The translations under genes were made by a program, and so were the position numbers. Below the pieces are notes generated by a model, which was given only the letters and a program-made list of their open reading frames with translations, had not been told where the DNA came from and searched no databases. From an uncultured archaeon (GTDB lineage: Archaea; Asgardarchaeota; Lokiarchaeia; Sigyniarchaeales; SOKP01), in the NCBI GenBank assembly GCA_964388035.1, contig CAYLZE010000035.1, positions 1 through 44,663 on the forward strand: 44,663 bases of DNA, written 5' to 3'. Positions 19,944 to 30,252 of the stretch are shown here, piece after piece (the stretch's first letter is position 1; each line of letters begins with the position of its first letter).

Positions 19944-22292
19944 ATGCTTTCAAGAAGAGTATTAGAAAAGAATAATAGAAAGGAACTCGAATCTAAAAAT
20001 GTAATACGAAAGACGATAACTAATGTCGAATTTATGAAAAAGCAAGGAAATTCATTCTTTTTCAAGGCACCAATCCTTTCGGAAGTATTTCAAGGAAGCT
20101 TGTTTGGAGGGGAAGATTTATCCAAGGAAACGGGAAAGACAGGAGGAGAGAGGGCTTTAGAAGCAATTGTGAGTGTAGAAATCATTACCGATACGATTAT
20201 CCGCATCCGTTATAATGAAGGGCTTGTTCTTAAAGAAAATAATACTCGAATGGTCGCAGGAACTTTTAACGGTCCCTCAAAGCTTGATTTTATAGAAAAC
20301 AAATTAAATTTAACAATCTTTACAAATTATCTGAAGATCGATATTGATTTCAGACCTTTTTATATAAAAATCTCCGATCTCCAGAAAAGTAAAGCATGCG
20401 GTATTAGTGGCCCTGAAAAGAATAAATATAATAATTGGGATGCATTTAATACCGGAATTTGTCGACTTTTAGAAAACAATTTGCCTTTAGGAGTAGAATG
20501 CTTTGATCTACATCCTCACGAAGCAATATATGGATTTGGAGAAAAATTCACGAACCTCAATAAGGTTGGACAAATCATAGATTTATACATGAGTGGATCA
20601 TGGGGTGTCACCACCCCTCGCAGTTATAAGAATGTACCCTTTTTCGTCAGCACCAAGGGATATGGGGTGTTTTTTAACCATTCAAGCGCCATGACCTGTT
20701 GGGTGGGAAGCATGAGTTCTGCTGATATTCAAGTTGCGGTGGAAGATGATTTTCTGGATTATTACGTGATTACGGGCACGATTATGGACATTCTTTCCCA
20801 ATATACGGATATTACCGGAAAAGGAGTGCTTCCTCCAAAATGGACCTTTGGATACTGGCAGAGCAAAATTTCTTATTCTTCAGCAAAAGAAACGATCAAT
20901 ATCGCAAAAAGGTTCCGTAAAGCGGGAATTCCTTGCGATGTAATTCATCTTGACACGTTTTGGTTCAAAGAAGATTGGTATTGCGATCTCGAGATGGACA
21001 AGGGACGATTTCCCGATCCGAAGGGGTATTTTGAAGAATTAAAAAAGTTAGGTTTCAAAGTATCTTTATGGCAGCTTCCCTACATCCCGGAAGGATCCCA
21101 ATATTTTGAAGAACTCAAAGCTGTCGAAGGTTTCGTGAAAAATCAAGCAGGGGAAATTTATGATGTGGGATTATGCAATACTCCCGGCTTCAAGGGAAGA
21201 GTTGGATGCATCGATTTTACCAATCCAGATGCAGTAAAGGTTTATAAAAGATGGATAGGAAGACTCTTTCAATTGGGTGCTGCGGTAATCAAGTCTGACT
21301 TTGGAGAACAAGCCCCTATTGATGGGGTGTATCATGATGGAACACCAGGATATCAAATGCATAATTTATATCCTCTTTTATATAATAAGGCTCTTGCAGA
21401 GATCACAAAAGAGATGACGGGAGAGATATGTGCATGGTCGCGATCTGGTTGGGCGGGAAATCAACGATATCCCGTTCATTGGGGAGGGGATAGCTGTTCA
21501 AATTGGCATAACTTTATCCCTCAAATTGAAGGGGGATTATCTTTAGGTTTATCAGGGTATCAATTTTGGAGCCAGGATATAGGAGGGTTCTTGGGATTTC
21601 CCAAGGATGACCTCCTAATTCGCTGGATGCAAGCAGGTCTGTTCCATTCTCATAGCCGCATTCACGGAACGGGGCGACGCGAAATTTATAAATTCCCTTC
21701 TGACGTGGCTAATATTTGCATAAGTTACATTAAGCTACGCTATAAATTAATTCCATATATCTATGGGTCAGCAATTGAATGCGTTGAAAAATCACTCCCA
21801 ATGACAAGGGCATTGGTAATAGAATATCAAGACGATCCCACCACGTGGAATATCGGTGATGAATTCTTGTTTGGCGCTTCCTTATTGGTGGCGCCCATCG
21901 CAGATGAATCAAATAAACGGGACGTCTATCTTCCCGAGGGAACGTGGACGGATTGGTGGACAAATGAACGCATTGGTGGAAACCAATGGATAAAAATTAA
22001 AGCCGATATAGATAAGCTGCCCCTTTATGTTCGCGAAGGGAGCATTATTCCCATGTCTCCGATCATGAATTACATGAATGAAGTTGAAGTAAAGGAAATT
22101 GTATTAAAAATTTCGCTGTTTGAGAAAAACGGAAAATCTACTTTTATAGTGCCCATCAATGAGGAAAAAGTTTTAGTGGAATATACCGCTGTAAATGGAA
22201 AACATGAACTAAAAATAAGTAAGACGGACGTGTCTTTTAAAATCGATGCATTAGATAAGGATGTGGGATTAATCGCGGTTCTTAAAGAATAG
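19944..22292 (+). CDS. Glycoside hydrolase family 31, YicI-like alpha-xylosidase/alpha-glucosidase (ORF track start 19899; ATG 19944 preferred)
   Basis: YGFGE, YKNVPF, IHLD..W, KSDFGE (nucleophile), WGGD, DIGGF, HSRIHG. Confidence 0.92.
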   Translation: MLSRRVLEKNNRKELESKNVIRKTITNVEFMKKQGNSFFFKAPILSEVFQGSLFGGEDLSKETGKTGGERALEAIVSVEIITDTIIRIRYNEGLVLKENNTRMVAGTFNGPSKLDFIENKLNLTIFTNYLKIDIDFRPFYIKISDLQKSKACGISGPEKNKYNNWDAFNTGICRLLENNLPLGVECFDLHPHEAIYGFGEKFTNLNKVGQIIDLYMSGSWGVTTPRSYKNVPFFVSTKGYGVFFNHSSAMTCWVGSMSSADIQVAVEDDFLDYYVITGTIMDILSQYTDITGKGVLPPKWTFGYWQSKISYSSAKETINIAKRFRKAGIPCDVIHLDTFWFKEDWYCDLEMDKGRFPDPKGYFEELKKLGFKVSLWQLPYIPEGSQYFEELKAVEGFVKNQAGEIYDVGLCNTPGFKGRVGCIDFTNPDAVKVYKRWIGRLFQLGAAVIKSDFGEQAPIDGVYHDGTPGYQMHNLYPLLYNKALAEITKEMTGEICAWSRSGWAGNQRYPVHWGGDSCSNWHNFIPQIEGGLSLGLSGYQFWSQDIGGFLGFPKDDLLIRWMQAGLFHSHSRIHGTGRREIYKFPSDVANICISYIKLRYKLIPYIYGSAIECVEKSLPMTRALVIEYQDDPTTWNIGDEFLFGASLLVAPIADESNKRDVYLPEGTWTDWWTNERIGGNQWIKIKADIDKLPLYVREGSIIPMSPIMNYMNEVEVKEIVLKISLFEKNGKSTFIVPINEEKVLVEYTAVNGKHELKISKTDVSFKIDALDKDVGLIAVLKE

Positions 22293-22604
22293 AAAATTAA
22301 AAAGAATTCAAAAATTTTCAAATAAGAGATTAACTAGATGGAAGCATATTTGAGTAAGTCAAGGAGTTAAAGGAAGAAAATTGTCCATACGTTCTGCATA
22401 AAAATATGGAAAACCCTTAAAAATTTAAGAACAGTTCCGTGGTTAATACAATCCAAAATATAACTTGAAATTTTAATCCTATTTTTACCTTTATTTATTC
22501 CTTGGAACAATCGAAAGAATTAATTAGAATAGTAGGAAAATAAAGTATTTAATAATTGGCTTTTGGACCATAAGGAAAATAAATGGAAATTCAATACAGA
22601 TCAA

Positions 22605-22814
22605 ATGAAGTTAAGGTTGGATGAAAATCTTATTAATGAATGCGAAGAATTAGCTGAAAAGCAGAACTTGGATCGTTCTTCTTTAATAAAAAAAGTATTG
22701 ATTGAAGGATTATAAAAAGAACGACGGAATAATGCAATGCAGAAGGGTTTCTTAAAACAGCTATTAATAGAAAAGATCGCTGAAATCGCAAAAATATCCC
22801 AAAGCTATCAATAG
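22605..22814 (+). pseudogene. Decayed ribbon-helix-helix/UPF0175-like antitoxin gene
   Basis: MKLRLDENLINECEELAEKQNLDRSSLIKKVLIEGL*KERRNNAMQKG...IEKIAEIAKIS with in-frame TAA at 22713-22715. Confidence 0.55.
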
Positions 22815-23078
22815 AAAATATCCCTTATCCCATATCCCATTTATCCCCAATGGTTATTGGTTATGATTCTCTTCAAATGAAATCATTTGAATTTAGCTTA
22901 ATATAACTTCTTATTATATTGATATTTAAAAAATATAAATTAATTGTAAGATAAGAATGTAAAATTAATTAGATTGTCTAATTTATCAAATAAAAAATTA
23001 ATCTTGGTAATTACTTATTCTGTATTGAATCACATGTGTTTCTGATGAAATTTAGAAAGAAATTATCTTACATTCACC

Positions 23079-23894
23079 CTAAAGAACTTTTTTTTGAAGA
23101 ATCAAGATATTACCATGGGCGAGATAGGGATTCTTAATGTATTTAACCCAAAAGTAGTTGAAACCAAGTATTAGCTTCTTAGGTAATGGAGATGAGAAAT
23201 ATATGAATAGCGTTGTGAAATGGTGTGCGAGACATTTCTTAAGAAGCAATCCCTTATCCCTAAAACTTTCAATCAACCAAGCAATATTTGCTGTTCTTGT
23301 TAATACCAATCCCGCGGATGTATTTTCCCAATAGTTTATTCCTGCTTGGGTTTTTTCGATATTCTTTCTATCTTTTCTTAGAATTCGTTTAAAGATCTGA
23401 ACAATTAATGTTTGAAGGGAACGTGTATTGTTTTCCATGATAATTAACATTCCTTTTGGTTTCAAGACACGAACAAGTTCTTGCATTGCTTTATCTAAAT
23501 CGGATATATGCATTAATACACCCCAACATAAAATGTAGCTGAAAGTCTCATTTCCAAATGAAAGAGAAAGAATGTTTTCATGTTGAATGTTAATCTTGTT
23601 CTCTAATCCCCTAGTTTTTACATTAAATTCCGCTACTTTTAATGCAAACTCAGAAAAATCAATTGCTTGAACGATAAATCCGCGTTCAACAAGTCGAATG
23701 AAATTAGAACCAACTCCACATCCTGCATCTAAAATAATAGAGTTTTTGGGGGCATTCATTTCTCTTGTAATGGTGTCAAAAACATGTTTTAAAATTTTAC
23801 CATTTTCAGCAACTCCAAATGCTTCTAACCATTGTTGGTGAATATCTGGTTTAGCTAACGTTTCCTTCAATAATTTTGATTTAAAATCACTCAT
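23079..23894 (-). CDS. Class I SAM-dependent methyltransferase
   Basis: ILDAGCGVG, AIDFS, GVLMHI, RVLKPKG. Confidence 0.9.
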   Translation of the reverse strand: MSDFKSKLLKETLAKPDIHQQWLEAFGVAENGKILKHVFDTITREMNAPKNSIILDAGCGVGSNFIRLVERGFIVQAIDFSEFALKVAEFNVKTRGLENKINIQHENILSLSFGNETFSYILCWGVLMHISDLDKAMQELVRVLKPKGMLIIMENNTRSLQTLIVQIFKRILRKDRKNIEKTQAGINYWENTSAGLVLTRTANIAWLIESFRDKGLLLKKCLAHHFTTLFIYFSSPLPKKLILGFNYFWVKYIKNPYLAHGNILILQKKVL

Positions 23895-24095
23895 GATTTA
23901 AGATTTAAATATTTCATTAATTTTAAAATATTTTGGATAAACATTAGATGAAAAGACTTTAAAGGAAGATGCAAGAAGAGTTCTAAAAGAAATTAAGCAT
24001 TGTATCTCATTGCAATTCATTTTTTCTTTATTTTTAACGAGGGCATTTTCCTTCATGTATTTAATTCTTGTAAAAGCATGCGTGCCACATTTAAA

Positions 24096-24627
24096 ATGGG
24101 TCTCTGCCATCGAGTGTGTTGAAAAATCTCTCCCAATGACAAGAGCATTGGTAATAGAATATCAAAAGGATTCCAGTACGTAGAATATCAGGGATGATTA
24201 TCTGATTGGCGCTTCCTCATTAGTGGCGCCCATTATGGATCATTCAAATAAACGCGACATCTATCTTCCTGAAGGAATGGGGACGGATTGGTGGACAAAT
24301 GATCACATTGAGGGAAATCAAGGGATAAAAGTATATTCGGATCTTAACAAGCTACCCCTTCATGTTCGCCAAGGAAGTATCATTCCCATGGGTCCTGTCA
24401 TGAATTACATTGATGAAATTAAAGGAAAGGAAATTGTGGTAAAAATATCGCTTTATGAGAAAAATGGAAAATCTACTTTTTTCGTACCCATCAATGAAGA
24501 AAGAGTTTTAATAAAATATGCTGCTTTAAATCGAAAATATGAACTAAAAGTAAGTAAAACGGAGGGGGATTTTAAAATCGATGCGTTCGGTAAGGATACG
24601 GGATTACTCACAGTTATCAATGAATAA
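24096..24627 (+). pseudogene. Truncated, diverged copy of the GH31 3' end (about 21762-22292)
   Basis: SAIECVEKSLPMTRALVIEYQ..ST*NI...VAPI... is colinear with the GH31 C-terminus; TGG to TAG at 24181-24183; no 5' part. Confidence 0.85.
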
Positions 24628-24701
24628 AGAAATAAAATAGATTCATGATCCTTCAAAAAAGAGAATAAGTGAAAAGAAGTATTTTTCAATAAGAGAGAAA
24701 A

Positions 24702-25388
24702 TTAAATGAAGTATGTTATCCATAACAATAAGGAAAGCCCCTGAAGATTTAAGAGCAGTTCTGTAGTTAATAAGATCCAAAATAAAGCCTGGAATTTTAA
24801 CCCTATTTTTGGTTTCAATTGTTCCTTGAAACTCCAAAAAGGTTTGATAAGGACAGATGCACTTTTATTAGCTTTTTTTAGGAAAAAGATAATGAGGGTT
24901 AGAATAAGGGATGTTAACATTCCAATGATAATAGGTGCTCCTAACGCAAAGACCATGACAGAATAATTGGACCCAAGAATGTTAATTTCATTTAAATTCA
25001 CGACGTTCAAGTAAAATTCAAATAAAAACAAGAAGAAGCCAGTAACCATGCCAAAAATAATTAATTTCTTGAGATTTAATTCCGAAATGACTATGAAAAT
25101 TACGAGTTCTACGGCTAAAATAGAAGTTAATACAATCGAGGCAAGATGGATTGCGATGTTTCCATTTCCGTTTATTACTAACAATATTAGCTTAATATTG
25201 GTATCCATGAATATTAAAGAAAAAACCATGAAAGGAATGTAAAAAGAGACACGGAATCCAGTGAGAAACCAATGCTTTTGATACTTTTCCAGCCCCTTGA
25301 ATTCATGGAGAAAGATGAGGCCCGATAATATCAAGCATTGTACTATCCAAGCAATGATAATCGTCGTTATATTTGGAATCCAATACAA
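24702..25388 (-). CDS. Hypothetical membrane protein (about 6 TM)
   Basis: Hydrophobic 228-aa ORF 24 bp downstream of the phosphoesterase, same strand. Confidence 0.7.
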   Translation of the reverse strand: MYWIPNITTIIIAWIVQCLILSGLIFLHEFKGLEKYQKHWFLTGFRVSFYIPFMVFSLIFMDTNIKLILLVINGNGNIAIHLASIVLTSILAVELVIFIVISELNLKKLIIFGMVTGFFLFLFEFYLNVVNLNEINILGSNYSVMVFALGAPIIIGMLTSLILTLIIFFLKKANKSASVLIKPFWSFKEQLKPKIGLKFQALFWILLTTELLLNLQGLSLLLWITYFI

Positions 25389-25412
25389 TATGAATCACTC
25401 TTTTTTCTTAAT

Positions 25413-26690
25413 TCATTCCATTAAAATAGCATTACTTCCAATTTGTGTTAATGAACAATGATCCATTACATCATTCTCGGCAGAATAAGTAATGATATTG
25501 ATCTTATTTGATTGCACTGTAAATTTAGTATAAGAAGGCCCCATGGCAAAGCATTTCGTGTACTCTGAGGTGCGGAAATAATTAGAACCGAACTGTTGCC
25601 CACCTCCTCCGCCTAAGCAGATATAAGTGTGCCCATTATATAAAAATCTCTCGTAATGATGGTGATGCCCGTATAAGACTAAAGAAACATTATATTTTTC
25701 TACAATCGGAATGATGCGAGCGAGTAACCTATCATTATCATCTTCGGCGCTGAATAGTTGCCTGTGAAACATTAGGATTCTGAATGTTTTATCCTGTCCC
25801 TTTTCAAGGGTCTTATTGAGCCATAAATCATGCTGGATATTTCTTAATTGCGATGGATCTTCGTCAGAGGCCGTGGAAATTTCACCGACCACGAATAAGG
25901 TATTTCCCCAATCAAAACTATAATAGAATCTATCCGGACTATGCGTAATTCCAAAATATTGTTTATAATAAGTTATCCTCTCCGCCGCTTCATCTTCAGG
26001 GTAATACCCATCGTGATTACCGATACAAGGAACGAAGGGATATTTATCCATGTAAGCAGATGCTTCAAAGAAAAACTGATTCCAATCGGGCTTATAATCC
26101 CAATCTTGACAAAGATCACCCACATCAGCCACGAAACTGATATCTTCTTGTCCAGCTATTGCTTTACAGATGCGCTCGTGCCATCCGATTCCAACGATTT
26201 GCTGGGAATCGGAATAAGATATGAACTGAAAATTTTCATTCGTTTTTGGAGCGGTTTTGAAAGAAAACATGGAACTTCGATAAATTATGGTTTCTGTTTC
26301 TGAGCCAACCCGATAAAAATATTTTGTATTTGGTTTTAATCCGGTAAGCAAGACCCGATGAATAAACGTCTCATCTTGATTAGCTTTTTTCAAATCAAGA
26401 GATCCTTCAAGAGCACCATACCATACTACTGAATTCTCTAATGCGGTGGTCTCCCAAGTAATTATTGCCTCAGTGCTGGGGTTCCTCCCCGAAAATTGCA
26501 CGAAAGGACTTTTTTCATCAGGATATACATGTTGAATAAGAAACATCGAGCCGAAGAAAATGAGAATCGGACTGAATACTAAAATGCTGAAGAAGATTGC
26601 TTTTAAAAATGGTTTAAAATTCTTTCTTGATAGGATGCCTTTCCAATCTATTGAAGTCTTTTCTTCACTCGCCGAATTCAAGTTGCTCAT
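25413..26690 (-). CDS. Purple-acid-phosphatase-like metallophosphoesterase with N-terminal TM and FN3-like domain
   Basis: H.V.LTGLKPNTKYFYRVG, SDSQ, VGDL, GNHD, GHHHHYER. Confidence 0.9.
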   Translation of the reverse strand: MSNLNSASEEKTSIDWKGILSRKNFKPFLKAIFFSILVFSPILIFFGSMFLIQHVYPDEKSPFVQFSGRNPSTEAIITWETTALENSVVWYGALEGSLDLKKANQDETFIHRVLLTGLKPNTKYFYRVGSETETIIYRSSMFSFKTAPKTNENFQFISYSDSQQIVGIGWHERICKAIAGQEDISFVADVGDLCQDWDYKPDWNQFFFEASAYMDKYPFVPCIGNHDGYYPEDEAAERITYYKQYFGITHSPDRFYYSFDWGNTLFVVGEISTASDEDPSQLRNIQHDLWLNKTLEKGQDKTFRILMFHRQLFSAEDDNDRLLARIIPIVEKYNVSLVLYGHHHHYERFLYNGHTYICLGGGGGQQFGSNYFRTSEYTKCFAMGPSYTKFTVQSNKINIITYSAENDVMDHCSLTQIGSNAILME

Positions 26691-26986
26691 GAGCTCTATT
26701 CGAACTTCTTGATGCCAAGATTTAATTTATCCTTAATGAATATTAATTGAATCGCTATATTAATATACTTAACTTTTTTTCGGTGCCCATATCTAATTAT
26801 AAATTAAATCTTGATATTGAAATTACATTAAAAAGTTTGAAAAACGCTCTATCTTTCAGTAGAAAGTTAATCTAATTCACTTAATACGTTTGAGCGTAGG
26901 AACGAAAATAAAGATTTATTATATCTTGCACTTTCTTGACTCATCTTAAAAGCGAGAGACAATTTTGAAGTTAAAAAAAGAGAGTT

Positions 26987-27583
26987 TTAATGAGAAAGCG
27001 CCGAAACTACGGTGGTATTATAGACTCCCGTGAAAATTAATCGTAAAATATCTTCAAAAGAAGAGAGAATCCCTTCTCCGTTTAATGCAATAGTCTCCCT
27101 AACAGAGATGTTTTTATATTTTTTATATTCAATTTCGTCTAAAAACTGGTCCACTTCGAATTTATCTTGCAAATCTTGCTTGTTAAAAGCGATGACTTTA
27201 GGTAATTTAATGAATGCTTCTCCAAAATATGTGACAAGTTCTCTCCATGAAATGATATTCCGTTTATATGCACTACGCTGCGAATCTACTACAAAAATTA
27301 TGCCATCCAATGCTTTCATGGTAATGGGACGCGTAATTAAATAAAAATCTTGTCCCGTGGTACTATACACGTGTAATTTTAAAAGCCAATTAGTATTTTG
27401 AAACTCAATGATTCCATAATCGAAAAATAACGTCCTGCGAACGGTATTTTCTATGCTTAAAACGTCCTCATCCTTTCCGAAATGATTAAAAACAGCTTTT
27501 AAGGATGTAGTCTTTCCCGACATTGCCGGACCAAAATACACGATTTTTACGCTAATTACTTTTTCTAAAGGTTCGAGTATCAT
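26987..27583 (-). CDS. MglA-like small GTPase
   Basis: KIVYFGPAMSGKTT, RTLFFDY, TTGQDFY, FVVDS, NKQD. Confidence 0.88.
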   Translation of the reverse strand: MILEPLEKVISVKIVYFGPAMSGKTTSLKAVFNHFGKDEDVLSIENTVRRTLFFDYGIIEFQNTNWLLKLHVYSTTGQDFYLITRPITMKALDGIIFVVDSQRSAYKRNIISWRELVTYFGEAFIKLPKVIAFNKQDLQDKFEVDQFLDEIEYKKYKNISVRETIALNGEGILSSFEDILRLIFTGVYNTTVVSALSH

Positions 27584-27723
27584 GAATAACTATTTTTTTT
27601 AATTATTTGCTATGATTTTCTACTCACATATAAAAAATACGAGGTTTTTTTTAAAAGTAGAAAAAATAAACCTATCGTAAAAAATAAATTAACTTATAAT
27701 TCTTAAGATTTACATGTTTTAGA

Positions 27724-28107
27724 TTAAAGGAACTTCAATAAATTTCCTTCAATCACGCAGGAAAGTTTGCCTCTTAATATTAATAGCTCGATTTCTCTTC
27801 TTAACAGAGAGGGATCCAGGTCGAATTCTTCACTCTCTTGTACAAATTGAGCTAGTTCCTCGAAGGAGACTGAATTTCCCGATTGGGAGAAGTGATCGAG
27901 GAGTTTGGACAACATGGCTTGATTTTGTAGGGAACGGGTATTCGAATCTAATTGATAGAGTTTATGGGTTAAACTATAATCAAAATCGCCCTTGCGCTCG
28001 ATTTCTTTTAATTCTTCGATTATTTTCAAGGCTTCTTTGTAATTTTCTTCCCCCATTAAATCTTGCACATCAGCTAATCGTTTAATAAAGGTTTCTACAT
28101 CGTTCAT
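27724..28107 (-). CDS. Hypothetical protein, helical N-terminus plus winged-helix/PCI-like C-terminus
   Basis: SVSFEELAQ...REIELLILRGKLSCVIEGNLL resembles the end of a PCI/winged-helix domain. Confidence 0.55.
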   Translation of the reverse strand: MNDVETFIKRLADVQDLMGEENYKEALKIIEELKEIERKGDFDYSLTHKLYQLDSNTRSLQNQAMLSKLLDHFSQSGNSVSFEELAQFVQESEEFDLDPSLLRREIELLILRGKLSCVIEGNLLKFL

Positions 28108-28324
28108 GGTAATTTAAAAATTTTATACTTATTGATTCTACAATAAGATAATTAAGATAATATCTTTTCCTTCATATATCATGAAGTTTTAATTTATTAG
28201 TTTCTCATGAGGTATCCTTTTGGGAATTAAATAAATTAAATAATTATTCATGAATTAAAATGGAATCATTTTAATACTTCAGTCATTTATCTTTATTAGG
28301 ATAAAACATTAAAAGTGATGGTAA

Positions 28325-28552
28325 ATGGTAGATAAAGAAAAAGTTAAGCAAGTAATCGACAAGATACGTCCGCAACTCCAAATGGATGGAGGAGATGTAG
28401 AGCTTGTCGAGATAACGGATGATGGAACGGTTAAAGTGCGACTTCAAGGTCATTGCGCGGGCTGTGCATATGCTGAAGAGACTTTAAAACTCGGTATTGA
28501 AAGAGCAATAAAACAATTCGTGCCCACGGTAAAGGAAGTTATTAATGTATAA
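28325..28552 (+). CDS. NifU/NfuA C-terminal domain Fe-S carrier
   Basis: IRPQLQMDGGDVEL...VRLQGHCAGC. Confidence 0.92.
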   Translation: MVDKEKVKQVIDKIRPQLQMDGGDVELVEITDDGTVKVRLQGHCAGCAYAEETLKLGIERAIKQFVPTVKEVINV

Positions 28553-28597
28553 ATAAAATAATATTTTTTGTCTTTAGCTAATTTTTTTACTCTTTAT

Positions 28598-30127
28598 TTA
28601 TAATTCTGCGATAAAGAGCGGGGGAATGCAGAAATATGCAATGGAGCAATCATCTCCTTTCATGTTTTTAGTTAATTTTATGGCATCATCTAAACTTTCC
28701 GCTGAAAGATATCCAAAAATATCGATCGCTTCATCATTTTTGGCACCTGCAACAATTATCTTCCCAACATTCAAGAGACCTAAGATACCCCAGTAATATA
28801 TTATTGGAGCATGGGTGCCATGATAGGCAAATTGGTTTTTATACAAATTTAAATAGTTCGAATTAGTAAGGAAAGATTGTTCTATAGATTTTAAATTAAA
28901 AATGTCAGGTCTTTTTGGAAGGATATTCTTATAAAAATCCAAATATGAAGGATGTTGCTTTGTATCGAATTTTTCATTTGCTGGATTCGAGATGATCAAG
29001 ATGCCATCTTTTTTGAGAGGTGGTGTTCCGTTATACATGTTATAGAGATATCCACAAGTGAGGGCGTGAAGCAAGAGGGGATTTAATGAAGATCCTACAT
29101 TATAGGGAGAAACGTTAGGGACTCCGTATATAATGGCATCGTATTGATGTTTTATGGGGACATTTAATTGTTGCTTGAGTAGTTCCAAGGATCTAACATG
29201 AGCTTGTTCGATGTCTCCAGCAAATACTCCAATTAATTCATAACCTGCTTTCATTTTCTTGCGCGTGTAGGATTTAAGAAATTTAGGCATCATTTTTAAC
29301 ACTTTAAGCGCAATTTTTTGCCCTCCTGCTGAAATTTTTCCCGAATTCTTGATTGGGCTATAAATTTTTTCGAACAACCCGCTATAAAAATGATTATTGA
29401 GCACCATTTCAATAGTAAAGACTCGAATCTTATCTTTAATCGTCCTGCCCATCTCCCAAATCATCTGATGTAATCCCGAAGCTTTGGGATCCATGTAGGA
29501 GCCTTGCTTTAAAACGCTGGGCGAGTGATGAGGAATTATAGTCTTGAAGCTCCCTAACCCAACGATAATGGACTTCCATCCTCCATTCAAGGGGGTGAAG
29601 GTGATGTTTAAATAAATGATGAGGTCCGCTTCTGCTGCAATTCTATTAATTTCGATTTCTTCTCCCGTTTTAAGGTGTCCTAAAGTGATGAGATTATTTT
29701 TATCGCTTGCATCGTGGTTAAAGATTTGATTTTGGAAAGTGCGATAGACTTTTTTGCCTAAAATGTTGCGTAATTCTTTAGGCTTGCATTTTCTATGTAA
29801 TCCCGTCGCGCAGATAAAAATGAGATTTTCTTTCTTGATCCCTAATCCTAAAAGTTTTTCAATGATAACTTCTGCCGCCAATGATCGTACCTCTTGTTTC
29901 ATTAAGGGTAAGGGAATGCTCACATCGTCAAAACATATGGCAATCCTTGATGAAGGTTCAATTAAATCCTCTAATGGGGGAGAATCTATGGGATTATCAA
30001 TGGCTTCTTTTATTTTCTGATTATTCTTGCTAATCGGGATGATCGGATCCTTAGCATGGTAAATATCCACTTCATTTGGAAACGTATAAAGGAATGCATC
30101 ATCTCCATAAAAGATTATTTCCCTCAA
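28598..30127 (-). CDS. LarA-superfamily (lactate racemase-like) protein
   Basis: AIDNPIDSPPL, ATGLHR, NHDA, GGWKS; SD-like GGGAGG before the TTG start. Confidence 0.75.
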   Translation of the reverse strand: MREIIFYGDDAFLYTFPNEVDIYHAKDPIIPISKNNQKIKEAIDNPIDSPPLEDLIEPSSRIAICFDDVSIPLPLMKQEVRSLAAEVIIEKLLGLGIKKENLIFICATGLHRKCKPKELRNILGKKVYRTFQNQIFNHDASDKNNLITLGHLKTGEEIEINRIAAEADLIIYLNITFTPLNGGWKSIIVGLGSFKTIIPHHSPSVLKQGSYMDPKASGLHQMIWEMGRTIKDKIRVFTIEMVLNNHFYSGLFEKIYSPIKNSGKISAGGQKIALKVLKMMPKFLKSYTRKKMKAGYELIGVFAGDIEQAHVRSLELLKQQLNVPIKHQYDAIIYGVPNVSPYNVGSSLNPLLLHALTCGYLYNMYNGTPPLKKDGILIISNPANEKFDTKQHPSYLDFYKNILPKRPDIFNLKSIEQSFLTNSNYLNLYKNQFAYHGTHAPIIYYWGILGLLNVGKIIVAGAKNDEAIDIFGYLSAESLDDAIKLTKNMKGDDCSIAYFCIPPLFIAEL

Positions 30128-30252
30128 CTCGTTCCTCCCTTTTTCATTTAATAGTTATAATTTTCCTTAGAACTTTTACACCTTTATAATAAAGTTAAAA
30201 ACTTAAAAAAACTTTTTTTAAATTAATTAGTGTAATTACTTGTTACTAAATC

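Noticed and set aside
19944-22292. Sulfoquinovosidase assignment for the GH31, prompted by the sulfatases
   Set aside because: The nucleophile context KSDFGE is YicI-like rather than the WMADFGE of YihQ
23898-24110. 70-aa minus-strand ORF
   Set aside because: Overlaps the GH31 relic boundary and has no features
24223-24627. 134-aa ORF as an independent gene
   Set aside because: It is the part of the GH31 relic downstream of the nonsense codon
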